Assembly: GCA_965657485.1 (NCBI GenBank)
Contig: CBFHPB010000004.1
Coordinates: 1,947-65,946, forward strand
Reading direction: 5' to 3'
Length of the DNA: 64,000 nt
Source: Coraliomargaritaceae bacterium
GTDB taxonomy: Bacteria; Verrucomicrobiota; Verrucomicrobiia; Opitutales; Coraliomargaritaceae
A model generated the notes under the pieces. That model did not search any database. It was given only the letters and a program-made list of their open reading frames with translations, and was not told where the DNA came from. The position numbers and the translations under genes were made by a program. The first letter of the stretch is position 1. Each line of letters opens with the position of its first letter. Below are positions 1 through 9,266 of the stretch, in pieces.

Positions 1-5
1 AAATC

Positions 6-488
6 GTGCGGATGATTCAGGAGTTTAAACAGGAGCTGACTATTGTCACCCCCTACTTCATCCCCGACGAAGTGATACTGCGCTCACTGATCGTGAAAGC
101 ACACACTGGACGTAAAATTCGGCTCATTATGCCATTAAAATCAAATCAGCGCCTCGCCGATATCGCCCGCCACCATTTTCTTCGTCAACTCGAAGATGCC
201 GGCGTCGATATACAACTCTACGAGCCACGCATGATGCACGGTAAGCTCATCCTTGCGGATAACAAATTGGCCATGACCGGTTCGGCCAACATCGATATGC
301 GCTCGCTGTTTGTGAATTTCGAAATCGCGCAGCTACATTACACTCAGAGCGACGTCGACCAACTCGCAAACTGGACAACTGAGCTACTCGGCAATTGCAC
401 CTCCTACCAGAATGCCACTCGCGACGGAGCCAACATGCCCTCACGCTTCGCTCAGGATCTGGTGCATTTATTGGTACCATTGTTATAG
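6..488 (+). CDS. cls: Cardiolipin synthase / phospholipase D family protein, C-terminal part (5' end outside window)
   Basis: HKD motif HGKLILAD followed by TGSANIDMRSLFVNFE, typical of the second PLD domain of cardiolipin synthases; frame is open to the window edge. Confidence 0.8.
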   Translation: MRMIQEFKQELTIVTPYFIPDEVILRSLIVKAHTGRKIRLIMPLKSNQRLADIARHHFLRQLEDAGVDIQLYEPRMMHGKLILADNKLAMTGSANIDMRSLFVNFEIAQLHYTQSDVDQLANWTTELLGNCTSYQNATRDGANMPSRFAQDLVHLLVPLL

Positions 489-511
489 ATCTCGAATCTT
501 TGTATTTGCAG

Positions 512-594
512 GCAGGGATCGTTATCCTTAACGATCCGTTGCAGATTGAGACGGCATTGAAAACCGGCGGCACGATAAGGATATCGTGCCCTAC
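512..594. repeat. Inverted REP doublet (REPIN-like, GTAG family)
   Basis: GCAG-GGATCGTT-ATCCTT-AACGATCC on + (512-537) and GTAG-GGCACGAT-ATCCTT-ATCGTGCC on - (594-569); both are tetranucleotide plus hairpin with the same ATCCTT loop. Confidence 0.7.
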
Positions 595-615
595 CCAATC
601 GCACTATACATCCAC

Positions 616-2223
616 ATGCTCAAAAGCTTCACATCTCTCCTCCTACTAGCCTCCATCGCCCTGACCGGCTGCGGGCCAAATCAATCGAACGTGCAAACGG
701 GCAACGCGAAGCAGGAGCTCTTTATCGGAATCGGCACAGAACCGGAGGGGCTGGATCCACACCTTGTAACAGGTGTTACCGAACACTACGTGATGCTCTC
801 ACTGCTCGAGGGCCTCGTCACCGTCCACCCTGAAACTTTAGAGATCGAACCCGGCATGGCCAAGAGCTGGGAGGTCTCCGACGATGGCCTGCACTACACC
901 TTCCACCTCAACCCCGAGGCCAAATGGTCGAACGGCGACCCCGTCACTTCGGAGGACTTTATGTTCTCGCACGAGCGCATCCTCACACCCGCACTCGGTG
1001 GCCCCTACGCCTACATGCTCTACAGCATCAAAAACGCAGAGGCCTTCAACAAGGGAGAGATTGAGGACTTTGCAGAAGTTGGCGTCAAAGCGCCCGATCT
1101 ACAGACTTTGACCTACGAACTGGAAGCCCCCACTCCCTATTTCCTAAGTCTCTCCACACACTTCACATGGTGGCCCGTGCACCCGCCCACCGTTCTGGCT
1201 CATGGTACTATGACAAGCCGCATTACGAAATGGACGAAGCCGGGCAACTTCGTCGGCAACGGCCCCTTTGCACTTAAAACCTGGCGGCTCAATCACTCGA
1301 TCAAAGTCGAGAAGAACCCGCACTACCGCGACGCGGAGAATGTCCGGCTCAGCGGCATACATTTCCTCCCCATTAGTCTCGATACTGAAGAGCGCGCCTT
1401 TCGCGCCGAGCAGCTTCACATTACCAGCACCGTGCCAATCCCCCGTATCGATTGGTACCGTGAAAACGCGCCCCAGCGTCTACGCTTCGATCCTTATCTC
1501 GGCGTTTACTACTACATCGTCAACACCGAGCGCGGCCCCCTCAAAGACCCCCTTGTGCGCAAGGCGCTCGCCTATTCCATCGACCGCGAGTCATTAACCA
1601 AGCACGTGCTCAAAGCCGGGCAAAAGCCTGCCTACCATTTCACTCCGCCTGACACCGCCGGCTATACTCCGTCAGTCAAACTACCCTACGACCCAGAGCT
1701 CGCGCGCAAGCTCTTGGCCGAGGCCGGCTATCCCGAAGGCAAAGGCTTCCCGAAATTTGAGCTACTCTTCAATACAAGCGAGTCGCACCGCACCATCGCC
1801 GTGGCCATCCAACAAATGTGGAAAGAAGAACTCGGCATCGACATCGGCCTCTACAATCAGGAGTGGAAGGTCTACCTCGCCACCCGCAAAGAGCGCAATT
1901 TCGACATCGTGCGCGCCGCCTGGATCGGCGACTACGTCGACCCCAACACCTTCCTTAGTCTCGGCACCAGCGACAACGGCAACAACCACAGCAACTGGGG
2001 CAACCAGCGCTACGACGAACTCATCCGCGAAGCCAGCTTCGCCTCCGAACCCGAAGCCCGCCACGCCCTCTTTCAAGAAGCCGAAAAAATCCTGTTGGAC
2101 GAGATGCCCGTCATCCCCATCTATTTCTACGTCCGCAGTCTATTGATCGACGAATCGGTCCGCGGCTGGCACCCCAACATTCGGGATTACCACCCCTATC
2201 AGGACGTCTGGCTGGAGGAGTGA
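616..2223 (+). CDS. oppA: Peptide ABC transporter substrate-binding lipoprotein (OppA/SBP family 5)
   Basis: ATG at 616 gives a signal peptide with lipobox LTGC; SBP_bac_5 motifs EPEGLDPH, AKSWEVSDDGLHYTFHL, GNGPF. The ORF-track GTG at 586 lies inside the REP hairpin. Confidence 0.85.
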   Translation: MLKSFTSLLLLASIALTGCGPNQSNVQTGNAKQELFIGIGTEPEGLDPHLVTGVTEHYVMLSLLEGLVTVHPETLEIEPGMAKSWEVSDDGLHYTFHLNPEAKWSNGDPVTSEDFMFSHERILTPALGGPYAYMLYSIKNAEAFNKGEIEDFAEVGVKAPDLQTLTYELEAPTPYFLSLSTHFTWWPVHPPTVLAHGTMTSRITKWTKPGNFVGNGPFALKTWRLNHSIKVEKNPHYRDAENVRLSGIHFLPISLDTEERAFRAEQLHITSTVPIPRIDWYRENAPQRLRFDPYLGVYYYIVNTERGPLKDPLVRKALAYSIDRESLTKHVLKAGQKPAYHFTPPDTAGYTPSVKLPYDPELARKLLAEAGYPEGKGFPKFELLFNTSESHRTIAVAIQQMWKEELGIDIGLYNQEWKVYLATRKERNFDIVRAAWIGDYVDPNTFLSLGTSDNGNNHSNWGNQRYDELIREASFASEPEARHALFQEAEKILLDEMPVIPIYFYVRSLLIDESVRGWHPNIRDYHPYQDVWLEE

Positions 2224-2227
2224 GAAT

Positions 2228-2323
2228 GCTCAATCGTAGGGCCTTCGCTTGCGGCGGCCGAGTCGTCTTTGCGGGCACGCTTGCACCAAGCGGCGTCGAG
2301 ACAAGCTCGAGCCCTACAATGAG
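2228..2323. repeat. Inverted REP doublet (GTAG family) between convergent genes
   Basis: GTAGGGCCTTCGCTTGCGGCGGCC at 2236 faces the reverse complement of GTAGGGCTCGAGCTTGTCTCGACGCC ending at 2317; each arm has an internal palindrome. Confidence 0.65.
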
Positions 2324-2334
2324 AAAACTCTTTG

Positions 2335-4908
2335 CTACTTCGGTCCCACCACTAACTGAACACGCTTGTCTTCGCTGAAATGTTCTTTCGCGAATTGGGC
2401 TAATGCAGCTGCGTCGACCTCATCGAGCTTCGCAGCATGCTGTGCGTCGTCATCGATCGGCAGATCGTAGGTGACTTGAATCGCGGCATGCATGGCACGA
2501 GCTCCAATGGTTTGCTTGGCCATCGGGCGAGCAGCTTTTAGGCGAGTCCGACAGCGAGCTAGCTCATCGTCGGTCACTTCCCCGTTAGCGACTCGCTCGA
2601 CCTCTAGATTGATTTCGCGAACGACGGCTTCGGCCTGACTCGGATGGGTGCCGGCGTAAAAAACGAACATGCCTGTTTGTAAACCAATCACCCGCGTGGA
2701 GCCCACGTAGTAGGCCATGCCCTGATCTTCGCGAATGCGTTCGAAGAGCCGGCTGGACATGCCGCTGAATAATTCGTTGAGCACCTCGGCGACAATGAAG
2801 TCCTCATCTTGGATGCCCGCATCGGGATAGGCCTGCAACACGACGGCTTGCTCACGATCCATACTCTCAGTGCCACTGTAGCTTTCCCAGGTAGCTTGTG
2901 CAGAGGGATTGGCTGCTTGGAATGGTTCCGCATTCAGTTGCTCCTCAAGCAAAGGACTTAATGCGGCGCGCATCGCATCGATCTCGAAATCACCGGTCAC
3001 CGAGAGCACGACATTGCCCGCGCGAACCAACTCGCGGTAGTGTATCAAGACATCTTCGCGCTTCAACGCTTCGAGATCTTCGACCCGTCCGTCGGATGAC
3101 ACGCATAAAGGATGCTCTCCAAAGAAGCGCTCGCGTAGCTTACGGAAGCCATACTCGAGGATTTCGTCATCCTCCTCTCGGATGCTAGCAACTTGCGCCT
3201 CGCGTTCAGTTTCGAAGGTGGCCGGAACAAAGCTCGGTTGGGTCAGAGCGTCACTGAGTAGCTCAATGGCGATCTTCAAGTCGGCTGGCAGCACTTCGAT
3301 CGCAAAACTGACGGTATTGTTGCCGCCGGTAGCGGAGAAGCTGCCGCCGATACTTTCGATTAGCTCGGCAATCTCCTGCGCACTGCGGCGCTCGGTATCT
3401 TTGGTCAACAGCTCGGCCAACAAGGCGGAAACACCTCGCTGGTTGGCTGGCTCGTAAAGCGGGCCGCCTTGCAAGACGCAGCGAAAGTGCACCTTGGGCA
3501 GGCGACTGTCGGGCTGCAGGAGCAAACGTGCTCCGCTCTCCAAGTCGTGTTGCTGAAATGGTTCGAGCGATAATTTCCCCTCGAGAGCTTCGCTCTCAGC
3601 CTCCATCGGCGCGGGTCCTATAGTAACAGCCGAAAGACTTTCTTCCACGAGGTAGCGATTGGCCACGTCCTGAAGATCAGACGAGCGAACAGCCTGCAAG
3701 CGCCTCAGGTAGCGACGACCATAGTAAATGTCGCCGATTACCACTTCACCGAGACCGAGGCGGGAAGCCTGACCACTCATCGTCTTACGGCCGTTAATCT
3801 CAGAGCTAAGTGCTTGTCGGCGGGCCTTTTCGACAACCGATTCGGGTAAGCCCTGCTCGACCACTTCATTGAGCACAGCCCGAACAGCCGCTTCGACCTC
3901 CCCGCTCTTGCCGGGGTCGCAAACGTAGGAGATCCAGAAAAGCCCACGGCCTCCGGGATTCCAATTACGGCAGTCGATGTAGTTGACCAGCTTTTGCTGG
4001 TTGCGCAAACGCTCCCACAGTAGCGAGCTCTCGCCCCCTCCGAGGGCTTGGGCCAGAGAGTCCAACTTTGGAGAATCTTCATGACTCAGGTGCGGCACCT
4101 TGAATCCAACACCACCGCGAAAGATATTATAGTCACCAACGATGTCCTCACGACGCGACGCCAGCTGGATAGGCTCTTCCTCTATCTGAACGGGCGCCAA
4201 ACGCCCACGCGGGACATTGCCGAAGCAATTGTCAATCGTTGCCATGCAGGCCTCCGGCGTGACAGCGCCAACTACACTCACCACCATATTGTTGGGCACG
4301 TAGCGTGCATGATAGTATTCGCGAAGCTCGTCGGCCGTGACCTTCTCAAAGAGTGCGCGGTGCCCGATTACCGGCTCGCGGTAGGGATGCTTCTGAAAGG
4401 CGGTACGGAAGAGGGCCTGACTCAGCTGGCGGTCGGGATCGTCGAGACCCATATCGATCTCCCGTAGGATGACGTCGCGCTCCCGATCAACTTCATGCGG
4501 GGGCAAAGTTGAATGGATCACGATGTCGGAAAGCACATCGACTACCTGCACAAATGCAGCTGAGGGCGCATCGATGTAATATACGGTGCGGTCAAAGGTC
4601 GTGTAGGCGTTGATAGCACCACCCATCGCATGAACTTCGCGACTGATAGACTTACCGTCGCGGCGCGAGGTGCCCTTGAAAAGCATATGCTCAAGGTAGT
4701 GCGAAAGCCCGGAGCCGATTAACTCGTCTTCATGAATACTGCCTGTTTTGACCCAGACCTGCACCGAGACCACCTCACTGGAGAAGTCTGGCCTGTGGAC
4801 CAATGTTAGGCCATTACTAAGCGTATGGCGCTCGACAGGCGCTCGAAAGAGGCGCTCGATCAGTTCGTGGGATTCACTAGCGGAGAATTGACTGGGACTA
4901 AAATCCAT
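2335..4908 (-). CDS. M16 family zinc metallopeptidase (pitrilysin-like, two fused halves)
   Basis: Inverted zinc motif HYLEH in SGLSHYLEHMLFKGT, NAYTTFDRTVY; second half repeats the fold without the metal motif; no signal peptide seen. Confidence 0.9.
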   Translation of the reverse strand: MDFSPSQFSASESHELIERLFRAPVERHTLSNGLTLVHRPDFSSEVVSVQVWVKTGSIHEDELIGSGLSHYLEHMLFKGTSRRDGKSISREVHAMGGAINAYTTFDRTVYYIDAPSAAFVQVVDVLSDIVIHSTLPPHEVDRERDVILREIDMGLDDPDRQLSQALFRTAFQKHPYREPVIGHRALFEKVTADELREYYHARYVPNNMVVSVVGAVTPEACMATIDNCFGNVPRGRLAPVQIEEEPIQLASRREDIVGDYNIFRGGVGFKVPHLSHEDSPKLDSLAQALGGGESSLLWERLRNQQKLVNYIDCRNWNPGGRGLFWISYVCDPGKSGEVEAAVRAVLNEVVEQGLPESVVEKARRQALSSEINGRKTMSGQASRLGLGEVVIGDIYYGRRYLRRLQAVRSSDLQDVANRYLVEESLSAVTIGPAPMEAESEALEGKLSLEPFQQHDLESGARLLLQPDSRLPKVHFRCVLQGGPLYEPANQRGVSALLAELLTKDTERRSAQEIAELIESIGGSFSATGGNNTVSFAIEVLPADLKIAIELLSDALTQPSFVPATFETEREAQVASIREEDDEILEYGFRKLRERFFGEHPLCVSSDGRVEDLEALKREDVLIHYRELVRAGNVVLSVTGDFEIDAMRAALSPLLEEQLNAEPFQAANPSAQATWESYSGTESMDREQAVVLQAYPDAGIQDEDFIVAEVLNELFSGMSSRLFERIREDQGMAYYVGSTRVIGLQTGMFVFYAGTHPSQAEAVVREINLEVERVANGEVTDDELARCRTRLKAARPMAKQTIGARAMHAAIQVTYDLPIDDDAQHAAKLDEVDAAALAQFAKEHFSEDKRVQLVVGPK

Positions 4909-5103
4909 AAAAAAAGATCCGCAAGTAGAACAGAGCCGGAGCCAATTTCCATCTTAAGTTTAAGATTGATTTATAGGCTATAAACCCTAATTATTTCCAG
5001 AAAATACACTATTCATTTGTTAGAAGAATGTTTAACTAGCTGATAACAAGCTTTCTAGAAACTTCTTTTATTGAATTGGCGATAACAGGCCACACAGTAA
5101 GGT

Positions 5104-5751
5104 GTGATGTTTTCACGATCTAAAAAAAGCAAAGAGCCCAAAGCACAGCCGGAAAAGGGAGCGACGTCAGCGACGCCTCCTCCGATACGCCATCAGCCGC
5201 AGCGACTCCGCTTGAAAACTGCAATAGCCGCAGTAACTCGGCGCGAAGGAGCTGATGTGTCACCTCTCCTGAGCCAGATCGATTAATTTCCCTCCGTTAA
5301 ATCACAATCTGGTGAGCAGCAAGAAATGGAGGCACAGCTCTTGGAGTTGCAGGCGCAGATTATTGTGCGCGAGGATCAAGTGGCCGAACGCGAGAAACAG
5401 TTGGAGAAAGATGAACTCGAATTAAATGAGCGCGAAGCATTGCTTGAAGCTCACAAGAAATTAGTCGAGACCAAGTCCGCTACTGGTGGTGTTCTGCAAG
5501 CTAGCAACACGGCTGATCTGAGCGAAGAAGCCAAAGCACTCAAAGCACTCCAGAAAGAACTGGAGGCGCAGGAAGCCTCTCTTCAGGAAGCCCGCAAGAT
5601 GCTCTAGGAGCGAGAAGCCTTTATTGAGCAGTGTGAAAACGAACTGGTCGAGAAGTCGATGCTCCTCACCGAGCGCGAAGCCCGAGTCGAACAAGACGAG
5701 GAAGATAACGCACACATTCGACGCGCCAATCTTAAGGCACTTGGCGAATAA
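5104..5751 (+). pseudogene. Coiled-coil protein reading frame interrupted by two in-frame stops
   Basis: 5104-5286, 5326-5607 and 5608-5751 share one frame; TAA at 5284-5286 and TAG at 5605-5607 split a continuous E/K/Q/L-rich heptad sequence (..QEARKML*EREAFIEQCENELVEKSMLLTEREARVEQ..). Confidence 0.7.
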
Positions 5752-5760
5752 GTTTAATCT

Positions 5761-5878
5761 CGAATGGGTAGGGACGCCTGCCCCTAGGCATCCGCGATTT
5801 TTCCTACAGCCACAGAAACCTTCACGCTTCGCACGAATAGACACCGGAGGCCCGAGGGCAGGCGTCCCTACCCATTCG
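5761..5878. repeat. Inverted REP doublet (GTAG family), 34-bp arms
   Basis: CGAATGGGTAGGGACGCCTGCCC (5761-5783) has a perfect reverse complement ending at 5878; arms extend to 34 bp with mismatches; lies between convergent genes. Confidence 0.8.
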
Positions 5879-5879
5879 C

Positions 5880-6308
5880 TCAGCCTAAACGCGGCTTTTT
5901 AGTCGTTGGCTTAATTCGCTCCGGGCGGAAGGGTTTTTCGAAGGCGCTGGCAAACTTATAACCACCGGCGAAGTCCTCGACACTATCTTGGTCAGTCTTT
6001 CCGAGCACTTTGCACTCAACTAGATTAAAGACGATATTACCGAAATCGCGACACTCCTTAATGCCCCAGTGCTCCAAGACCGGACGAGCCATCGGGCCGT
6101 ATTGGTCGATCGCAAAGAGGCGTATTCCTTCCAAGAGTTGAGCCCCGGAGAGGTGGTTGGTTTTATCGAGCTCACCGCGCTTGTGCAGCTCTTTTAAACT
6201 GTAGTCCAAAGCCTGCCGTAGAAAGTAATAAGCACCACGTGCATAACGGGGATCTTCCTTGCGGATGGTCCGTATCACTTCGTTGAAATCTCGGCTGGGG
6301 TCGTTCAC
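5880..6308 (-). CDS. Conserved Verrucomicrobia/Planctomycetes hypothetical protein (TIGR04138 / Minf_1886-like)
   Basis: DPRYARGAYYFLRQALDY, HLSGAQLLEGIR, YGPMARPVLEHWGI, DFGNIVFNLVE and TDQDSVEDF match my recollection of this PVC-restricted family. Confidence 0.7.
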   Translation of the reverse strand: MNDPSRDFNEVIRTIRKEDPRYARGAYYFLRQALDYSLKELHKRGELDKTNHLSGAQLLEGIRLFAIDQYGPMARPVLEHWGIKECRDFGNIVFNLVECKVLGKTDQDSVEDFAGGYKFASAFEKPFRPERIKPTTKKPRLG

Positions 6309-6386
6309 GGCCTAAAGATGAAGGGGAAAATGCGGCGAGGTCAACCCCCTCGCCTTTCAAACTTACACCTCCTATTAGAAGTGGCA

Positions 6387-7298
6387 TTACGATTCTTCGC
6401 TGACAGTAAGGCCACGATTGTCTGTCATCAGTCGATAAGCGCGACTCTTAACCTTGTTTGCTGTGTAAACCTGCTGCATGGCATTCGCCACTTCAAGCGA
6501 TTGCTCGGAACTGGTCACGCAAACCACGGTCGATCCACTTCCGCTCAACCAACCTGTATAGGCACCCACATGGCAACCCGCTTCAATACTCTCATGCCCG
6601 AAGGGATTCAGCAACTCACGGTAAGGCTGATGGATAAAATCATTCACCGCTCCATTCAGGCGTTGAAAATCACCGGACACCAATACGCCCACCAAGAAAG
6701 CCAAGCTATTGACACTGCGAACGACATCATTATATGGAATCGTATCGGGCAAGACACGACGAGAGGTATCTGTTAGCACCTTGTAGTCCGGAGAAACGGC
6801 CACAAAGGATAATGTTTCAGGCAGGTTAAATCGCACATGCTCACGATAGGCGAAGTTCTGTGGTTCCGTTCGAGCAATACAAAAGCCACCCGCAAATACA
6901 GCGCAGGCATTGTCCGGAGCATTGTCCAGCTTAGTAGTCAGGCGGATCATCGCCTCCATATCCAGCAGCCCACCATTCAGTTTATTAAGACCGGCGACAA
7001 TGGCAGCACGAATAGTCGAGCTGGAACCGAGTCCTCGAGCTTCAGGAACATCGCCCCAGATCTCATAATCAAAACCTATTGAATCGACACCAGTCGTGGC
7101 CGCGAAAGAAAGCGCCGCTTCCTCGACCATCGCTTGCGTTGCCTCGTTGACAGCATCTATGGGACGGATCGCATCATCTTTCCGTTCAACCATTCGCACG
7201 AAATTATACAACGAGAGGGCAATGCTCAGTGTATCAAATCCAGGACCACAATTCGAGGTACTTGCGGGTGCTTTAATGATGATAGAACGTTGTGACAT
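6387..7298 (-). CDS. thrB: Homoserine kinase (GHMP kinase family)
   Basis: PASTSNCGPGFD, PEARGLGSSS, D(F)IHQPYR and LSGSGST motifs of ThrB. Confidence 0.8.
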   Translation of the reverse strand: MSQRSIIIKAPASTSNCGPGFDTLSIALSLYNFVRMVERKDDAIRPIDAVNEATQAMVEEAALSFAATTGVDSIGFDYEIWGDVPEARGLGSSSTIRAAIVAGLNKLNGGLLDMEAMIRLTTKLDNAPDNACAVFAGGFCIARTEPQNFAYREHVRFNLPETLSFVAVSPDYKVLTDTSRRVLPDTIPYNDVVRSVNSLAFLVGVLVSGDFQRLNGAVNDFIHQPYRELLNPFGHESIEAGCHVGAYTGWLSGSGSTVVCVTSSEQSLEVANAMQQVYTANKVKSRAYRLMTDNRGLTVSEES

Positions 7299-7391
7299 TT
7301 ATGCCGTAAAATTAAGGATTTATGATGAGAATATTAAAAAAGAGATGCTTCTAAGTAACACGTAGACGATATACTCGCCGCACTAGGAGCG

Positions 7392-7865
7392 CTAGCGGCC
7401 TTGGCGCATTTCCCGTTCTGCTTCGCGCATCGTGATCTTCTTTTTCAAAGTCTCACGCTTGTCGTGGAGCTTCTTACCAGTGCAGAGCGCAATCTCCACT
7501 TTAATCAAGCCATGCTTGAGATACATACGCGTCGGGATCAGCGATTTACCTCCGGCCTCGACTGCGCCGATTAGTTTATGAATCTCGCGGCGGTGAAGCA
7601 GCAACTTGCGCTTCCGGCGTGGCGGGTGGTTTTGAAAATTGCCGAATTTATATTCACCGATGTGAGAGTTATAGAGCCAGACCTGCCCTTTCTCAACACG
7701 ACAAAACGATTCGCTGATCTGCGCATCACCGTTACGGATCGCCTTCACTTCAGTACCCTGAAGTACAATACCGCACTCAAAACGGTCGCCCACAAAGTAG
7801 TTGTGGTTTGCTTTGGAGTTACGGATCTCGCGTTGCTGATCCGTCGATTTTTTTTTCGCGCACAC
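7392..7865 (-). CDS. smpB: SsrA-binding protein SmpB
   Basis: NSKANHNY..ECGIVLQGTEVKAIR, RKRKLLLHRREI, GKKLHDKRETLK. Confidence 0.95.
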   Translation of the reverse strand: MCAKKKSTDQQREIRNSKANHNYFVGDRFECGIVLQGTEVKAIRNGDAQISESFCRVEKGQVWLYNSHIGEYKFGNFQNHPPRRKRKLLLHRREIHKLIGAVEAGGKSLIPTRMYLKHGLIKVEIALCTGKKLHDKRETLKKKITMREAEREMRQGR

Positions 7866-7921
7866 GTAAATTGGCTCCCTCTATTGGGGAAACGCAGAGG
7901 GCACGCTATAAAATTTGAGGC

Positions 7922-8131
7922 TTAATCCTCTTCGACTTCCGCAAGTTGGTAGGTAATCTTACCTTCCATGATCTCACGTAGAGCCATATCTTCTGCAGAA
8001 AGTCGCTCCAAAGACTCGATTAGAGGCTTGTAGCCACTCTTGAGTTGCTTTGCACGGCGGGAAACCACATTAATCAGAATCATCGGATCTGTGATTTTCT
8101 TCTGCGCTTCTTGTAAATAGTCGTCTCTCAA
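7922..8131 (-). CDS. rpoZ: RNA polymerase omega subunit
   Basis: 69 aa; LINVVSRRAKQL and ALREIMEGKI resemble the omega signature; TTG start preceded by GAGGA. Confidence 0.85.
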   Translation of the reverse strand: MRDDYLQEAQKKITDPMILINVVSRRAKQLKSGYKPLIESLERLSAEDMALREIMEGKITYQLAEVEED

Positions 8132-8239
8132 AGTCGTCTCCTCTAGGTAGGTTGAAATAGGAAAACATTTGAAAATGACGCTCTGGAGCGCCTTTGCAAT
8201 AAAAAAGCGGGATTCCTTCTATTTTCTCTAAAAATCCCA

Positions 8240-8267
8240 TTGACAGGGATACGCCCGAATCTACTGT
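8240..8267 (+). promoter_or_regulatory. Sigma-70-type promoter of rplM-rpsI
   Basis: TTGACA (8240-8245), 16-nt spacer, TACTGT (8262-8267), about 20 nt before the rplM ATG. Confidence 0.6.
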
Positions 8268-8286
8268 TCCCCGCTTTTCCAAAATC

Positions 8287-8712
<426 letters not shown>

Positions 8713-8739
8713 TCGAGTTCAAACACCACTCTATATACA

Positions 8740-9132
8740 ATGAGCGATCAAACATTTGTCACCGTAGGCCGTCGTAAGAAGGCTACAGCTCGTGTCCGCC
8801 TCACTCGCGGAACTGGTAAAGTCATCGTCAACGGATCTGAGCCAGCGGCTTACTTCAAGACTGAAGACTTCACCAACGCAGCACTCTCTCCTCTTAAGAC
8901 TGTTGAAATGTCCGACCAGGTCGACATCACAGTTAAAGCACAAGGTGGTGGCCTCAACGGTCAAGCCGGTGCAGTTCGCCTCGGCATCGCACGTGCTCTG
9001 GAGAAAATGAACAGCGAGCTTCGCGTCCCTCTTAAACAAGAAGGCCACATGAAGCGTGACCCTCGTTCTCGCGAGCGTAAGAAAGCCGGTCAACCCGGTG
9101 CTCGTAAGCGATTCCAATTCTCGAAACGTTAA
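8740..9132 (+). CDS. rpsI: 30S ribosomal protein S9
   Basis: GRRKKATARVRL, GGGLNGQAGAVRLGIARAL, ERKKAGQPGARKRFQFSKR. Confidence 0.98.
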   Translation: MSDQTFVTVGRRKKATARVRLTRGTGKVIVNGSEPAAYFKTEDFTNAALSPLKTVEMSDQVDITVKAQGGGLNGQAGAVRLGIARALEKMNSELRVPLKQEGHMKRDPRSRERKKAGQPGARKRFQFSKR

Positions 9133-9168
9133 TCCGCCAGCGGCGGTTAAGGTCGCAACTCTTTTTGC

Positions 9169-9209
9169 AACCCTCCAAAGCCGCGTAAGCGTGGCTTGGA
9201 GGGTTTTTT
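9169..9209 (+). terminator. Rho-independent terminator after rpsI
   Basis: AACCCTCCAAAGCCGCG-TAAG-CGTGGCTTGGAGGGTT imperfect stem followed by a T run. Confidence 0.8.
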
Positions 9210-9234
9210 GTTTCTAAATTACAAGGATTTTTCA

Positions 9235-9262
9235 GTCATCAACCATTTGTCATTAGTCATTT
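9235..9262. repeat. Four heptamer repeats directly upstream of argC
   Basis: GTCATCA-ACCATTT-GTCATTA-GTCATTT, then TTTC-ATG. Confidence 0.6.
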
Positions 9263-9266
9263 TTTC

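Noticed and set aside
7299-7391. tmRNA (ssrA) next to smpB
   Set aside because: Intergenic gaps are too short and lack the tRNA-like ends; no tRNA or rRNA was recognised anywhere in the window.
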